Assembly: GCA_035572875.1 (NCBI GenBank)
Contig: DATNAI010000108.1
Span: 1-42,647, forward strand
From: Castellaniella sp.
GTDB lineage: Bacteria > Pseudomonadota > Gammaproteobacteria > Burkholderiales > Burkholderiaceae_B
DNA: 42,647 nucleotides
Direction: 5' to 3'
Below the pieces are notes generated by a model, which saw nothing but the letters and a program-made list of their open reading frames with translations, made no database searches and was not told the DNA's origin. A program made the translations under genes and the position numbers. Below, in pieces: positions 1-10,214 of this stretch. Position 1 is the stretch's first letter, and each line of letters begins with the position of its first letter.

Positions 1-563
<563 letters not shown>

Positions 564-576
564 GGCGTCCCCATCG

Positions 577-654
577 TCAGCGGCAAAGGGGCCTAGGCGC
601 GACACGAACGGGCGCGGGACTGCGGTGCGTGTATGAGGAGGTTGGTACGGTCAT
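577..654 (-). CDS. Candidate 25-aa small ORF in the trpG leader ([25 protein letters not shown])
   Basis: ATG 652-654 preceded by AAGGAAGACC; TGA at 577-579, 13 nt before the trpG ATG. No homology known to me. Confidence 0.35.
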   Translation of the reverse strand: MTVPTSSYTHRSPAPVRVAPRPLCR

Positions 655-780
655 GGTCTTCCTTGGTAGGAGCCGCCGCACCGGAGACAGATTCGAATGG
701 ACCTTTGCCTGCCAGGACGGCGGCAAAGTGTGCGATGAATCACGCAGGAGGTTGCCGCCTCTAAGAGAGGCGCCACCAAG
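655..780 (-). promoter_or_regulatory. Attenuator-like alternative hairpins in the trpG leader
   Basis: Mutually exclusive stems: 1:2 (766-772 with 756-762), 2:3 (752-759 with 719-726), 3:4 (719-728 with 703-713). No U-run after 3:4. Confidence 0.7.
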
Positions 781-811
781 TCGATGCGTGGGTGCTCGCG
801 TTAAATTTCAT
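761..811 (-). CDS. trpL: Trp leader peptide [16 protein letters not shown] upstream of trpG
   Basis: 16-codon ORF with tandem TGG TGG near its end, directly upstream of a trp gene and overlapping alternative hairpins. Confidence 0.85.
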   Translation of the reverse strand: MKFNASTHASTWWRLS

Positions 812-817
812 GCAGGC

Positions 818-846
818 ATTCTACTGTGCGCTCCAGTACCTGTCGA
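818..846 (-). promoter_or_regulatory. Sigma70-type promoter TCGACA-N17-TAGAAT for the trpG leader
   Basis: -35 at 841-846 and -10 at 818-823 with a 17-bp spacer. The -10 ends 6 nt before the leader ATG. Confidence 0.65.
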
Positions 847-1038
847 GAGCGGGTAAATACCGACTCGGCACGCCCGGCACGTGTCGAGGTTCGGGACTTC
901 TGGAGATGCATGCTTCTCGCGCAGCTGGCGTATATTCTCGCTGGAGGCTTTTGCGGTCCCGGGTTTGGAAGCCTTCTTGCGTGGCGCATTCTTGCGCCTT
1001 CGTTCTGTTTGTCGCCTCTTGCACACCATTTGCCGAAC

Positions 1039-2178
1039 ATGATCATCTCTGCTTCCACCGATTACCGCGCAGCCGCCAAACGCCGCCTGCCGCCCTTTCT
1101 GTTCCATTATGCGGACGGCGGCGCCTACGCCGAGTACACGCTGCAGCACAACGTCAGCGACCTCGCGGGCATCGCGCTGCGGCAGCGGGTGCTGCGCGAC
1201 ATGTCCACGCTGGACTTGAGTACGCGTGTATTCGGGGAGTCGCTGTCCATGCCGGTGGGAATTGCGCCGGTCGGGCTGGCCGGCATGTACGCGCGCCGCG
1301 GCGAGGTCCAGGCGGCGCGGGCGGCGGACCGTCACGGCATCCCGTTTACGTTGTCGACCGTGTCGCTGTGCCCGATCGAGGAAGTCGCTCCCGCGATCAG
1401 TCGGCCCATGTGGTTTCAGCTCTATGTGCTGAAGGATCGCGGCTTCATGAAAAGCGTGCTGGAGCGCGCGCAGGCGGCTGGCGTCACCACGCTGGTATTC
1501 ACGGTGGACATGCCGGTGCCCGGTGCCCGTTATCGCGATGCCCATGCCGGTATGAGCGGTCCCCATGCCGCCTTGCGCCGCTATTGCCAGGCCGTGTGCC
1601 ACCCTGGTTGGGCCTGGGACGTGGGGCTTTGGGGACGTCCGCACGATCTGGGCAACGTGTCCCGGTACCTGGGCAAGGCCACCGGTCTGGAAGACTATAT
1701 CGGCTGGCTGGGCAACAATTTCGACCCCTCCATTTCGTGGAAGGACCTGGAGTGGATCCGCGATTTCTGGAAGGGGCCCATGGTCATCAAGGGCATCCTG
1801 GATCCGGAGGACGCCCGCGACGCCGTGCGCTTCGGGGCGAACGGCATCATCGTCTCCAACCATGGGGGGCGGCAGCTCGACGGCGTGTTGTCTTCAGCCC
1901 GGGCGCTGCCGGCCATTGCCGACGCTGTGAAGAGCGATCTGACCGTGCTCGCCGATTCCGGCGTGCGCACGGGGCTGGACGTGGTGCGCATGCTGGCGCT
2001 GGGCGCCGACATGGTCCTGCTGGGACGCGCCTACGTCTACGCGCTGGCGGTGGGCGGGGAGGCCGGAGTCTCGAATCTGCTGAGCCTCATCGAAAAGGAA
2101 ATGCGCGTGGCCATGACTCTGACGGGCGCCCGCACCATCGCGGACATTACGCGGGATTCGCTGGTGCGGAACGTCTGA
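1039..2178 (+). CDS. lldD: FMN-dependent L-lactate dehydrogenase
   Basis: Starts [24 protein letters not shown], the typical LldD N-terminus; SNHGGRQLD and DSGVRTG motifs. Start at 1039 preferred over 826. Confidence 0.95.
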   Translation: MIISASTDYRAAAKRRLPPFLFHYADGGAYAEYTLQHNVSDLAGIALRQRVLRDMSTLDLSTRVFGESLSMPVGIAPVGLAGMYARRGEVQAARAADRHGIPFTLSTVSLCPIEEVAPAISRPMWFQLYVLKDRGFMKSVLERAQAAGVTTLVFTVDMPVPGARYRDAHAGMSGPHAALRRYCQAVCHPGWAWDVGLWGRPHDLGNVSRYLGKATGLEDYIGWLGNNFDPSISWKDLEWIRDFWKGPMVIKGILDPEDARDAVRFGANGIIVSNHGGRQLDGVLSSARALPAIADAVKSDLTVLADSGVRTGLDVVRMLALGADMVLLGRAYVYALAVGGEAGVSNLLSLIEKEMRVAMTLTGARTIADITRDSLVRNV

Positions 2179-2190
2179 CGCCAGCCCGCC

Positions 2191-3711
2191 TCAGATGGGC
2201 TCGTCCAGCCCGAACTGCACCTGCTCCGCTGCCCGCAGCAGGGCGCGGGCCTTGGCCTCGGTTTCCTGGTATTCCTTTTCCGGGTCGGAGTCGGCCACAA
2301 TGCCGGCGGCGGCCTGCACGTACAGCATGCCGTCGCGAATGATGCCGGTGCGGATGGCGATCGCCAGGTCCATCTCGCCGCCATAGCTCAGGTAGCCGGC
2401 TGCGCCGCCGTAGATGCCGCGCCGCACGGGTTCCAGCTCGTCGATGATTTCCATCGCGCGGACCTTGGGCGCACCGGTGAGTGTCCCGGCGGGGAACGTC
2501 GCGCGCAGTACATCGATGTTGCTCATGCCGTCGTTCAGCTCGCCGCGCACGTTGGACACCAGGTGCATGACGTGCGAATAGCGCTCGATGGTCATGGTGT
2601 CGGTGACTTCCACCGTGCCGGTTCTGGCGACACGGCCGATATCGTTGCGGGCCAGATCGATCAGCATCACATGCTCGGCGCGCTCCTTGGGGTCGGCGAT
2701 CAATTCCTGCTCCAGGCGCAGGTCTTCTTCCTGGGTGGTGCCGCGCTTGCGCGTTCCAGCCAGGGGCCGGATGGTGACGGTGTCGCGACTCTGGCCGTCG
2801 AGGACTTCATGGTCCTTGCGGACCAGGATTTCCGGCGAGGCACCCACGATGTGGAACGTGTCGAAATTCCAGTAGTACATATAGGGCGAAGGATTCAGCG
2901 ACCGCAGTGCCCGGTACAGCGACAAGGGCGAGTCCCGGAACGGTTTGGCGATCACTTGTCCGACCTGGACCTGCATGAGGTCTCCGGCGGCGATGTAGTC
3001 CTTAGCCTTGCGCACCGCTTCCAGATAGTCCTCTTTCTTGAAGTCGCGTTCGGTCGGGGTCTGCATGCTGGCGTACGCGTAGGGGATCACCACCGGCGTG
3101 CGCAGTTTTTCGCGCAGCGCCTTCAGGCGTCGCCGTGCCAGCGCGTAGGCTTCAGGCTGTTGCGGATCCGCATAGACGATCAGATAGGTACGACCGGCCA
3201 GGTTGTCCACGATCACCAGTTCGTCGACGTGCATCAGCATGATGTCCGGTGTGCCCGGCTGCTGCCCGGCGGGCCGGGGTTTGACGCAAGGTCCCAGGCG
3301 CGGTTCGATGTGGCGGACCGTGTCGTACCCGAAGTAGCCGGCGAGACCGCCCGCAAAGCGCGGCATGCCCGGGCGAAGCGCGACCTTGAAGCGGGCCTGG
3401 TAATCCTCGATGAACGCCAGCGGGTCGCCTTCGTGGGTTTCCACGACCTGCCCCTTCGTCACGACTTCGGTGGTGGTGCCGGTCGCCCGGATGAGCGTCT
3501 TGGCCGGCAGCCCGATGAAGGAATAGCGCCCGAATCGCTCTCCGCCCACCACGGATTCCAGCAGGCAGCTGTTGCGCCCGGCTTCCGGCCCGGCATGGGC
3601 GAGCTTCAGGTAGATGGCCAGCGGTGTGTCCAGATCCGCATAGGTTTCCGCGATCAGCGGAATGCGGTTGTAGCCTTGGGCGGCCAGTGCATTGAATTCG
3701 ATTTCTGTCAT
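2191..3711 (-). CDS. trpE: Anthranilate synthase component I
   Basis: LLESVVGGERFGRYSF, NPSPYM, RPLAGTRKRG, EHVMLIDLARND, FPAGTLTGAPK motifs. Start MTEIEF at 3711 with GAGAG SD. Confidence 0.96.
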   Translation of the reverse strand: MTEIEFNALAAQGYNRIPLIAETYADLDTPLAIYLKLAHAGPEAGRNSCLLESVVGGERFGRYSFIGLPAKTLIRATGTTTEVVTKGQVVETHEGDPLAFIEDYQARFKVALRPGMPRFAGGLAGYFGYDTVRHIEPRLGPCVKPRPAGQQPGTPDIMLMHVDELVIVDNLAGRTYLIVYADPQQPEAYALARRRLKALREKLRTPVVIPYAYASMQTPTERDFKKEDYLEAVRKAKDYIAAGDLMQVQVGQVIAKPFRDSPLSLYRALRSLNPSPYMYYWNFDTFHIVGASPEILVRKDHEVLDGQSRDTVTIRPLAGTRKRGTTQEEDLRLEQELIADPKERAEHVMLIDLARNDIGRVARTGTVEVTDTMTIERYSHVMHLVSNVRGELNDGMSNIDVLRATFPAGTLTGAPKVRAMEIIDELEPVRRGIYGGAAGYLSYGGEMDLAIAIRTGIIRDGMLYVQAAAGIVADSDPEKEYQETEAKARALLRAAEQVQFGLDEPI

Positions 3712-3820
3712 AGCGCTCTCTGGTGGTATGCCAGCCGGGACAGAGTCGATGCGCCCGGCCAATCTGGGATCCGGGCTGTCAGCTAGGGTCGTGCGCAACG
3801 GTGCGCAGACCGGGTCACCA
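3712..3820 (-). promoter_or_regulatory. Structured attenuator-like region between the leader peptide and trpE
   Basis: Overlapping stems: GGUC-UGCGCA/UGCGCA-GACC, and GCCCGG/CCGGGC versus GGCCGGG/CCCGGCU. No U-tail. Confidence 0.6.
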
Positions 3821-3892
3821 TTACCCCGGATACGAGCGCCACCAGCGCCAGGTGGCGAGCGTCGCGGTCGGGTAATAGCGGATGACTATCAT
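3821..3892 (-). CDS. trpL: Trp leader peptide MIVIRYYPTATLATWRWWRSYPG upstream of trpE
   Basis: 23-codon ORF with three Trp codons (WRWW). Its ATG overlaps the gph stop codon (ATGA) and it ends 109 nt before trpE. Confidence 0.85.
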   Translation of the reverse strand: MIVIRYYPTATLATWRWWRSYPG

Positions 3893-4575
3893 GCGTGTTC
3901 GGTGTGGGAAGACGTCTCGGCGGCCCAGCGGGCCGCCTCAATGATGGAAGCCACTATAGCATTCGCAGGCAGGCTCTGCACGGGGTTGCCTTCGTTGTAG
4001 CCGTAAGGCAGCGCCAGCATCGACATGCCGGCAGCCTGGGCGGCCAGCGCGTCGTTGATGGAGTCGCCGATGAACAGGGCCTGGCCCGGCCGTATGCCCA
4101 GCAGGTCGCAGGCGTGCATCAGAGGCATGGGATCGGGCTTTTTGCGCGGGCAGGTGTCGCCGCAGACGATGATCTCGAAGAAATCGGTCAGGCCCTGCTG
4201 GCGCAGCAGCGGCACCGCGAATTCCGTGCTCTTGTTGGTCACGACCGCCAGTCGCATGCCCTGGGCCTGGAAGTCCTGCAGCCCCGCCAGAACGCCAGGG
4301 TACAGGCGGCTGTGCTTGCCGTTGAGCTTGCGGTAGTGGTCCGTGTAGCGTGCCAGGCCCCGCATGACCAGGTCCACCCCTGCCGGCGAGCCCTCGTGGC
4401 TCAGCGAGCGGATGACCAATTGCTCCATTCCCTTGCCGACGTAGGTGGCCAGGATGTCCTGCGAAATCGGCGTCATGCCCATGTCCAGCCGCATGGCGTT
4501 GGCCGCGCCAGCCAGATCGGGAATCGTGTCGATCAGTGTGCCGTCCAGGTCGAACAGAATTCCGGAAAATTGCAT
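3889..4575 (-). CDS. gph: Phosphoglycolate phosphatase (HAD family)
   Basis: FDLDGTLIDT, VVTNK, KKPDP, FIGDSIND motifs; rpe-gph-trpE synteny. Start uncertain (4575, 4629 or 4650). Confidence 0.92.
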   Translation of the reverse strand: MQFSGILFDLDGTLIDTIPDLAGAANAMRLDMGMTPISQDILATYVGKGMEQLVIRSLSHEGSPAGVDLVMRGLARYTDHYRKLNGKHSRLYPGVLAGLQDFQAQGMRLAVVTNKSTEFAVPLLRQQGLTDFFEIIVCGDTCPRKKPDPMPLMHACDLLGIRPGQALFIGDSINDALAAQAAGMSMLALPYGYNEGNPVQSLPANAIVASIIEAARWAAETSSHTEHA

Positions 4576-4682
4576 AGTGGTGGGAGATTGGCATTGCGCC
4601 GGCGCTGTGCCGGATTGGATGGCCGTCATCGTACCATCATGTGCCGGCATTCGTCGTGAACAGACCTCTGTCGGCCGCTATA

Positions 4683-5390
4683 TCAGCCGACTCGGCGCTG
4701 GGTGTCGCCCTGGGCGATGCCGGCGCGCAACGCCGTGATGACCTGGAGGTAGTCGGGCTGTCCGAAGATGGCCGACCCGGCGACGAAAGCATCGGCGCCT
4801 GCCGCACGGATGCTGGCGATGTTTTCAGTCTTGACTCCCCCGTCGACTTCCAGATCGATGGCTTGGCCGCCCTGGTCCGTCCAGCGGTCGATGCGGGCGC
4901 GCGCCTGAGCGAGCTTTTCCAGTGTGTGGGGGATGAAGGACTGCCCCCCGAAGCCCGGATTGACCGACATCAAAAGGACCAGATCCAGACGGTTCATCAC
5001 GTCGTCCATCCAGCACAGCGGCGTAGCCGGATTGAACACCAAGCCCGCCCGGCAACCGTGGTCGCGAATGAGCGCCAGCGTCCTGTCCACATGACGCGAA
5101 GCCTCGGGGTGGAAGCTGATGATATTGGCCCCCGCCTTTGCGAAAGCGGGCACCAGGGCGTCCACCGGCTCTACCATCAAATGCACGTCGATGGGCGCCT
5201 CGGTGTGCGGGCGCAGCGCTGCGCATACCATCGGGCCCATGGTCAGGTTGGGGACAAAATGGTTGTCCATGACATCGAAGTGGATCCAGTCCGCGCCGGC
5301 CGCGACGACGCGGGCGACTTCTTCGCCCAGTCGCGCAAAGTCCGCTGACAGCAGGCTGGGAGCGATGCGGGCGGGATGCAGTTCAGTCAT
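4683..5390 (-). CDS. rpe: Ribulose-phosphate 3-epimerase
   Basis: [42 protein letters not shown] motifs; true start MTELHP. Confidence 0.96.
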   Translation of the reverse strand: MTELHPARIAPSLLSADFARLGEEVARVVAAGADWIHFDVMDNHFVPNLTMGPMVCAALRPHTEAPIDVHLMVEPVDALVPAFAKAGANIISFHPEASRHVDRTLALIRDHGCRAGLVFNPATPLCWMDDVMNRLDLVLLMSVNPGFGGQSFIPHTLEKLAQARARIDRWTDQGGQAIDLEVDGGVKTENIASIRAAGADAFVAGSAIFGQPDYLQVITALRAGIAQGDTQRRVG

Positions 5391-5459
5391 GGCGAAGAGG
5401 GGTCCGGTTGTGTCATGATGTGTGTTTATGCCGCCTATTTTAGTGCACCCGTTTTCAGC

Positions 5460-6734
5460 ATGAAAAAGCTTCTGTGGTCCGCGATCCTGCTTGCCGCGCT
5501 CAATGCCTGTACTTCGGTTCCCGTCGAACAGCCCGGCGCGCCGTCGCCAACCGCGCCTGCGGAATTGCCACCCCTGTCGGTGCCGCCACTCTCGAGCCTG
5601 CCTGAGACGCCGGCGCGTCCGCTGCAAGGGCACTACGCCCCCGCTCGCTGGGAGAGCCTCCCGGACTGGACGTCCGACGGGCTGTTCCATGTCTGGAAAG
5701 GCCTGCTCAATGATTGTCGGGGACTGATGCGGCCGGTGCCCGAGTCCCTGGCCAATCCCGCCCGCGCGAACCCTCGCGCCTGGCAGCCGGTCTGCCAGGC
5801 GGCGGTCCAGGCCAATATGGGGCCGGCGGCCGACGGCGATGCCGTGCGCCGCTTCCTGCAGGCGCACCTGCGCCCCTGGCGGCTGGAACAGGCTCCGGGG
5901 CGCCCGGCCAGCGGGCTGGTCACCGGGTACTACGAGCCGTTGATCCATGCCTCGCGCACACGCGGTGGAGCGTATCAATGGCCGTTGTATGCCACGCCGT
6001 CTGATCTGCTCGTCGTGGATCTCGGCACCGTCTATCCGGAACTTGCGGGCAAACGCGTGCGAGGCAAGCTCGAGGGTCGGCGGGTGGTGCCCTATGACAC
6101 TCGCGCCGAAATCGCCGCCAATCCGGCGCGCCAGCCGCCCGTCATCGTCTGGGCCAGCGATCCTGTGGAAGCCTTCTTCCTGCAGATCCAGGGCTCCGGA
6201 CGCGCGGTCTTGCCGGACGGTTCCGTCGTCCGGCTGGCTTATGCCGACCATAACGGCCGCCCGTATGTCTCCATCGGTCAGTGGCTGGCACGCCAGGGCG
6301 AGATGCCGTTGGCTCGGACGTCGATGCAGAACATCAAGCAGTGGGCGCGCAGCCACCCCGATCGGGTGCAGCAGATGCTCAACGTCAATCCAGCCATGGT
6401 GTTCTTCCGCGAAGAGGCCATCACCGACGCGGAGCTGGGTCCCGCCGGCGCGTATGGGGTGCCGCTGCCCCCCCAGCGGGCCATCGCCGTGGACACGAGC
6501 TTCGTGCCGCTGGGGACGCCGGTGTATCTGGATACGCAGCAACCGGGCGGCGGTGCGCCGCTGCGGCGGCTGGTCTATGCGCTGGATACGGGCGCTGCGA
6601 TCAAGGGCGCGGCCCGGGCCGACTTCTACTGGGGCACGGGCGATGCGGCGGGTGCGTCGGCCGGGCGCATGAAGCAGCCCGGCCAGATGTGGTTGCTGTG
6701 GCCTATCCAGGCCGGTGCGCCCACTGCGCGGTGA
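5460..6734 (+). CDS. mltA: Membrane-bound lytic murein transglycosylase A (lipoprotein)
   Basis: Lipobox LNAC; [37 protein letters not shown] (3D domain). Confidence 0.93.
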   Translation: MKKLLWSAILLAALNACTSVPVEQPGAPSPTAPAELPPLSVPPLSSLPETPARPLQGHYAPARWESLPDWTSDGLFHVWKGLLNDCRGLMRPVPESLANPARANPRAWQPVCQAAVQANMGPAADGDAVRRFLQAHLRPWRLEQAPGRPASGLVTGYYEPLIHASRTRGGAYQWPLYATPSDLLVVDLGTVYPELAGKRVRGKLEGRRVVPYDTRAEIAANPARQPPVIVWASDPVEAFFLQIQGSGRAVLPDGSVVRLAYADHNGRPYVSIGQWLARQGEMPLARTSMQNIKQWARSHPDRVQQMLNVNPAMVFFREEAITDAELGPAGAYGVPLPPQRAIAVDTSFVPLGTPVYLDTQQPGGGAPLRRLVYALDTGAAIKGAARADFYWGTGDAAGASAGRMKQPGQMWLLWPIQAGAPTAR

Positions 6735-6824
6735 GAGCCGGCTCGGTCGGAGCCGCTTCACCAACCGTCACACCGGTTGCAATCGCCCGTCGCGTCGGCC
6801 TGGGCCTCAGGTTAATATAAGCCC

Positions 6825-8042
6825 ATGAAAAGGCAGGAATCCATTGTCGTCTGCGGCACCGGCATCGTGGGCTTGGCGTGCGCTCTGTCGCTGGCTCGCC
6901 AGGGCCTGGCCGTGCGGCTGCTCGGCCCGCGCAACGCTGTCGCGGCACCGGTCCGGGATACATACTGTCCGCGCGTCTATGCCTTGTCGCCCGCCAGCCG
7001 TGACCTCCTGGATCGCTTGGGCGCCTGGCGCCTGATGGATGCGCAGCGCGTCAGCGACATCGAAGCCATGGAAATCTATGGCGATGCGGACGGGGTTCTG
7101 AATCTGTCCGCCTGGCAGGACGCCCAGGGCGCCATGGCCTGGATCGTCGAATCCAGCGAAATCGAGCGCGCTTTGCAGCAGGCCGTGCAGGTTCTGGGGA
7201 TTCCCTGGATCGAAGACCGCTTTGCGTCGCTGGCGCCGGATGCGGCCCGTGATGGCGTGGGGCCTTCGGGCCGCTCCGCCGTGCGAATCACGACCTCGGG
7301 GGGCCAGATACTGCTGGCAGACCTGCTGATCGGCGCGGACGGGGCGCATTCCCCGGTGCGGCAGGCGGCGGGCATTCCGCATGAATACACGCCCTATGGC
7401 GACATGGGAGTAGTGGCCCATCTGAATATCGGACGCCCGCATCAGAATCGGGCGTTCCAGTGGTTCACGGGCGATGCGGTCTTTGCCGTGCTTCCGTTGC
7501 CCGATTCCGCGGAGGGCCCGCAGGCATCGCTGGTCTGGTCGCTACATGAAGGCATGGCTCGCGAATGGCTGGCCATGTCGCCCGAGACCCAGGATACGTT
7601 CTTTGCGGCCCGGGCGCTGTCCATCACGGGAAACCGGCTGGGGCGGCTGGCATTGCGGACCCGGCCGCAGGGCTTTTCGCTGAGCCTTGAGCGCAGCACG
7701 CTGGTCGCGCCTGGTGTGGCGCTGGTGGGTGATGCCGCGCATCGTGTGCACCCGTTGGCAGGGCAGGGACTGAACCTGGGCCTTGCGGACGTTCAGGCGC
7801 TGGCCGACGTGCTGCAGCGCCGTGAATCCTATCGCTCCGTGGGCGACGAGCGGCTCCTCGCGCGCTATCGCCGCGCCCGCGCGCAGTCCGTCTGGGCCAT
7901 GACCTTGGTGACGCACGGCCTGCATCGGCTGTTCGGCACCGACTGTGCCCCCGTGGCCTGGGCGCGCAATGCCGGCATGCGGATGGCCGATGATCTTCCT
8001 TTTCTCAAACGCAGATTGATTCAGGCGGCTGCCGGTCGCTGA
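6825..8042 (+). CDS. FAD-dependent hydroxylase, UbiH/UbiI/UbiF family
   Basis: GTGIVG Rossmann motif, RVYALS, IGADGAHS, LVGDAAHRVHPLAGQGLNLG. Confidence 0.9.
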   Translation: MKRQESIVVCGTGIVGLACALSLARQGLAVRLLGPRNAVAAPVRDTYCPRVYALSPASRDLLDRLGAWRLMDAQRVSDIEAMEIYGDADGVLNLSAWQDAQGAMAWIVESSEIERALQQAVQVLGIPWIEDRFASLAPDAARDGVGPSGRSAVRITTSGGQILLADLLIGADGAHSPVRQAAGIPHEYTPYGDMGVVAHLNIGRPHQNRAFQWFTGDAVFAVLPLPDSAEGPQASLVWSLHEGMAREWLAMSPETQDTFFAARALSITGNRLGRLALRTRPQGFSLSLERSTLVAPGVALVGDAAHRVHPLAGQGLNLGLADVQALADVLQRRESYRSVGDERLLARYRRARAQSVWAMTLVTHGLHRLFGTDCAPVAWARNAGMRMADDLPFLKRRLIQAAAGR

Positions 8043-8093
8043 GGTCCCGTGCTGTCGGACGGGACGCGGATGGTATTTTTATCGAGGTTTTTC

Positions 8094-8927
8094 ATGAAGT
8101 TTTCTTTGAGTCTGGCGGCGCTGCTCATGGGCGCCAGTCTTGCGGTCGCTGCCGCGCCCACGACCCCGCCGGCGTCCGCCGACCAGAAGGCCACGCCGGC
8201 CGTGGCGGTCACGGAAACGACGCCTGACGAGTCGCTGGCCCCCGCCGGTGCGGGAGATTCGACCCAGACGCTTCCGCCTGAACAGGCGGCGGCCGTCACC
8301 AAGGCCTTCGAATCGCGTTTTCCCGGCATCCACGTGGACGGTGTGCGGATGACACCGATGCAGGGCATCTACGAAATCCAGGTGGGGATGGACCTGCTCT
8401 ATACCGACGCTTCCGTGGACTATGTGTTGCAGGGCTCGCTCATCGACGCAAAGGGCAAGCGCGACCTGACGGCGGAGCGGCTGGAGTCGCTGCAGCAGGT
8501 GGCTTTCGACAGTCTGCCGCTGGAGAACGCCATCAAGATCGTCAAGGGCAACGGCTCGCGCAAGCTGGCCACCTTCGAGGATCCCAACTGTCCGTACTGC
8601 AAACAGTTTCACCATACGCTGGCCAGCGTGGACAACGTGACGGTCTATGTGTTCCTGTTCCCCATCCTCGCGCCCGATTCGGCGACCAAATCGCGCGATA
8701 TCTGGTGCGCGGCCGATCCGGCAAAAGCCTGGAACGACTGGATGGTGGATGGCAAGGCGCCGGCACAGGCAGACTGCAAGACGCCGCTGCAGGACAATCT
8801 GGCGCTCGGGCGCAAGCTGAACGTGCAAGGGACTCCGGCACTGTTCTTTGGCAACGGCACCCGCGTCAACGGGGCCTTGCCGCTGGCGTCACTGCAGGAA
8901 AAACTGAAGGCCCAAGGCAAGGGCTGA
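8094..8927 (+). CDS. dsbC: Periplasmic thiol:disulfide isomerase DsbC
   Basis: Signal peptide, FEDPNCPYC active site, VQGTP cis-Pro loop; follows the ubi hydroxylase. Confidence 0.9.
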   Translation: MKFSLSLAALLMGASLAVAAAPTTPPASADQKATPAVAVTETTPDESLAPAGAGDSTQTLPPEQAAAVTKAFESRFPGIHVDGVRMTPMQGIYEIQVGMDLLYTDASVDYVLQGSLIDAKGKRDLTAERLESLQQVAFDSLPLENAIKIVKGNGSRKLATFEDPNCPYCKQFHHTLASVDNVTVYVFLFPILAPDSATKSRDIWCAADPAKAWNDWMVDGKAPAQADCKTPLQDNLALGRKLNVQGTPALFFGNGTRVNGALPLASLQEKLKAQGKG

Positions 8928-8966
8928 CCCGCCTGCGACCACGGGCGGCGCCCGCAGTCGCCCGCC

Positions 8967-10118
8967 TTACTTCAGCAGCATCCAGGCGCCATTTTTCACA
9001 GTGATCATCTCGCGGCCCCGCTCGTCGAAGCCGCTGTGGTCCTGCGGGCTCATGTTGTAGACGCCCTGGGTCGCCACCAGTTCATGGGTCTGCTCCAGCG
9101 CGTCGCGCAGCGCTTTGCGAAAAGCGGGAGTGCCTGGTTTGGCATGCTGGCCGGCGATGGGGAGTGCGTGCTGCAGCAGCAGGCCGGCATCATAGACGTT
9201 GGCCCCGAACGTCGCCGGCCGCTCCCCGTACAAAGCTTCATACTGCTGGATGTAATGCGCGGCAATGGGCTTGGACGGATTGCTGTCGGGAATTTCGGGC
9301 AGCACCAGCATCAGGCTGGCGGCGAGAATGGTTCCGTCCACGGCCTTGCCGCCCAGCTTCAGGAAGGCCGGCAGGGCGGCGCCGTGCGTCTGGTAGAACT
9401 GCCCTTTGTAGCCCTGCCCGACCAGAGTGACTTGAGGCAGTGCCGCCGCACCGCCCGTCCCGGCGACCAGGATCGCGTCGGGGCGGGCGGCCAGCAGCTT
9501 CAAGGCCTGTCCGGTGACGGAGCTGTCGGTTCGCTGATAGCGTTCCGAGGCGATCAGCTTCAGGCCATTTTCCTGGGCGAGCTTGCTGAAGACCCGATGC
9601 CAGTCATCCCCATAGGCGTCGGCGAAACCGATGAAGCCGACCGTATGGATGCCGCGCTTGGTCATGTCGCGCACCAGCGCCCGGGCGATGATGTCGGTAT
9701 TCTGCGTGGTCTTGAAGGCCCACTTTTTCTCGGGCGTCATGGGCAGCACCACCGAAGCCGCACCCACTGGCGCCAGCATCGGGGTGCCGGACTCCGCGGC
9801 GAACTGCAGCACGCTCATGGCGTTGGGAGATCCCGTGGGGCCGATGATGGCATCGACGTGGTCCTCGGAAATGAGCTTCTTGAAGGCCGCTACAGTCTGC
9901 GAGGGGTCGCTGGCATCGTCGAGCGCGATGTACTGGAGGCTCAGGTCACCCGCCCTGGCCGGCAGCAGCGGCACCGTGTTCTTCTGTGGAATGCCGACCA
10001 GCGCCGTAGGTCCGGTCGCGGACGCCACCACGCCGATCTTCACCTGCGCCTGACCGGTCAGGGGGCTCATGGACAGGACGGCTGCGCTCAGCAGGACTGC
10101 CGGCAAGAGGGATCGCAC
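8967..10118 (-). CDS. ABC transporter substrate-binding protein (LivJ-like/PBP6, aromatic-acid-binding type)
   Basis: Signal peptide, SATGPTALVG, LDDASDP, IGFADAYG, YQTHG motifs. Confidence 0.85.
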   Translation of the reverse strand: MRSLLPAVLLSAAVLSMSPLTGQAQVKIGVVASATGPTALVGIPQKNTVPLLPARAGDLSLQYIALDDASDPSQTVAAFKKLISEDHVDAIIGPTGSPNAMSVLQFAAESGTPMLAPVGAASVVLPMTPEKKWAFKTTQNTDIIARALVRDMTKRGIHTVGFIGFADAYGDDWHRVFSKLAQENGLKLIASERYQRTDSSVTGQALKLLAARPDAILVAGTGGAAALPQVTLVGQGYKGQFYQTHGAALPAFLKLGGKAVDGTILAASLMLVLPEIPDSNPSKPIAAHYIQQYEALYGERPATFGANVYDAGLLLQHALPIAGQHAKPGTPAFRKALRDALEQTHELVATQGVYNMSPQDHSGFDERGREMITVKNGAWMLLK

Positions 10119-10214
10119 GATGGGGCCTCCGATGGATGTGCATGATGGAGGATTTTGGCACGATTGCGCGAGGCAGTGGGCACGCTCGTCCGCCCCATCG
10201 CCCTGGGGCTTGTG

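Noticed and set aside
826-1038. 71-aa N-terminal extension of LldD; similar extensions for trpE, the epimerase, thiL, nusB, pyrF and dgkA in the ORF track
   Set aside because: Family N-termini, SD sites and stop/start overlaps point to the downstream starts used here.
5391-5459. No apaG between rpe and mltA, where I recall it in some betaproteobacteria
   Set aside because: The 69-nt gap shows no remnant; simple gene absence and cannot be evaluated without comparison.
4683-6764. 693-aa ORF appearing to be a long N-terminal fusion to Rpe
   Set aside because: The extension is the antisense shadow of mltA in GC-rich DNA; Rpe homology starts at 5390.
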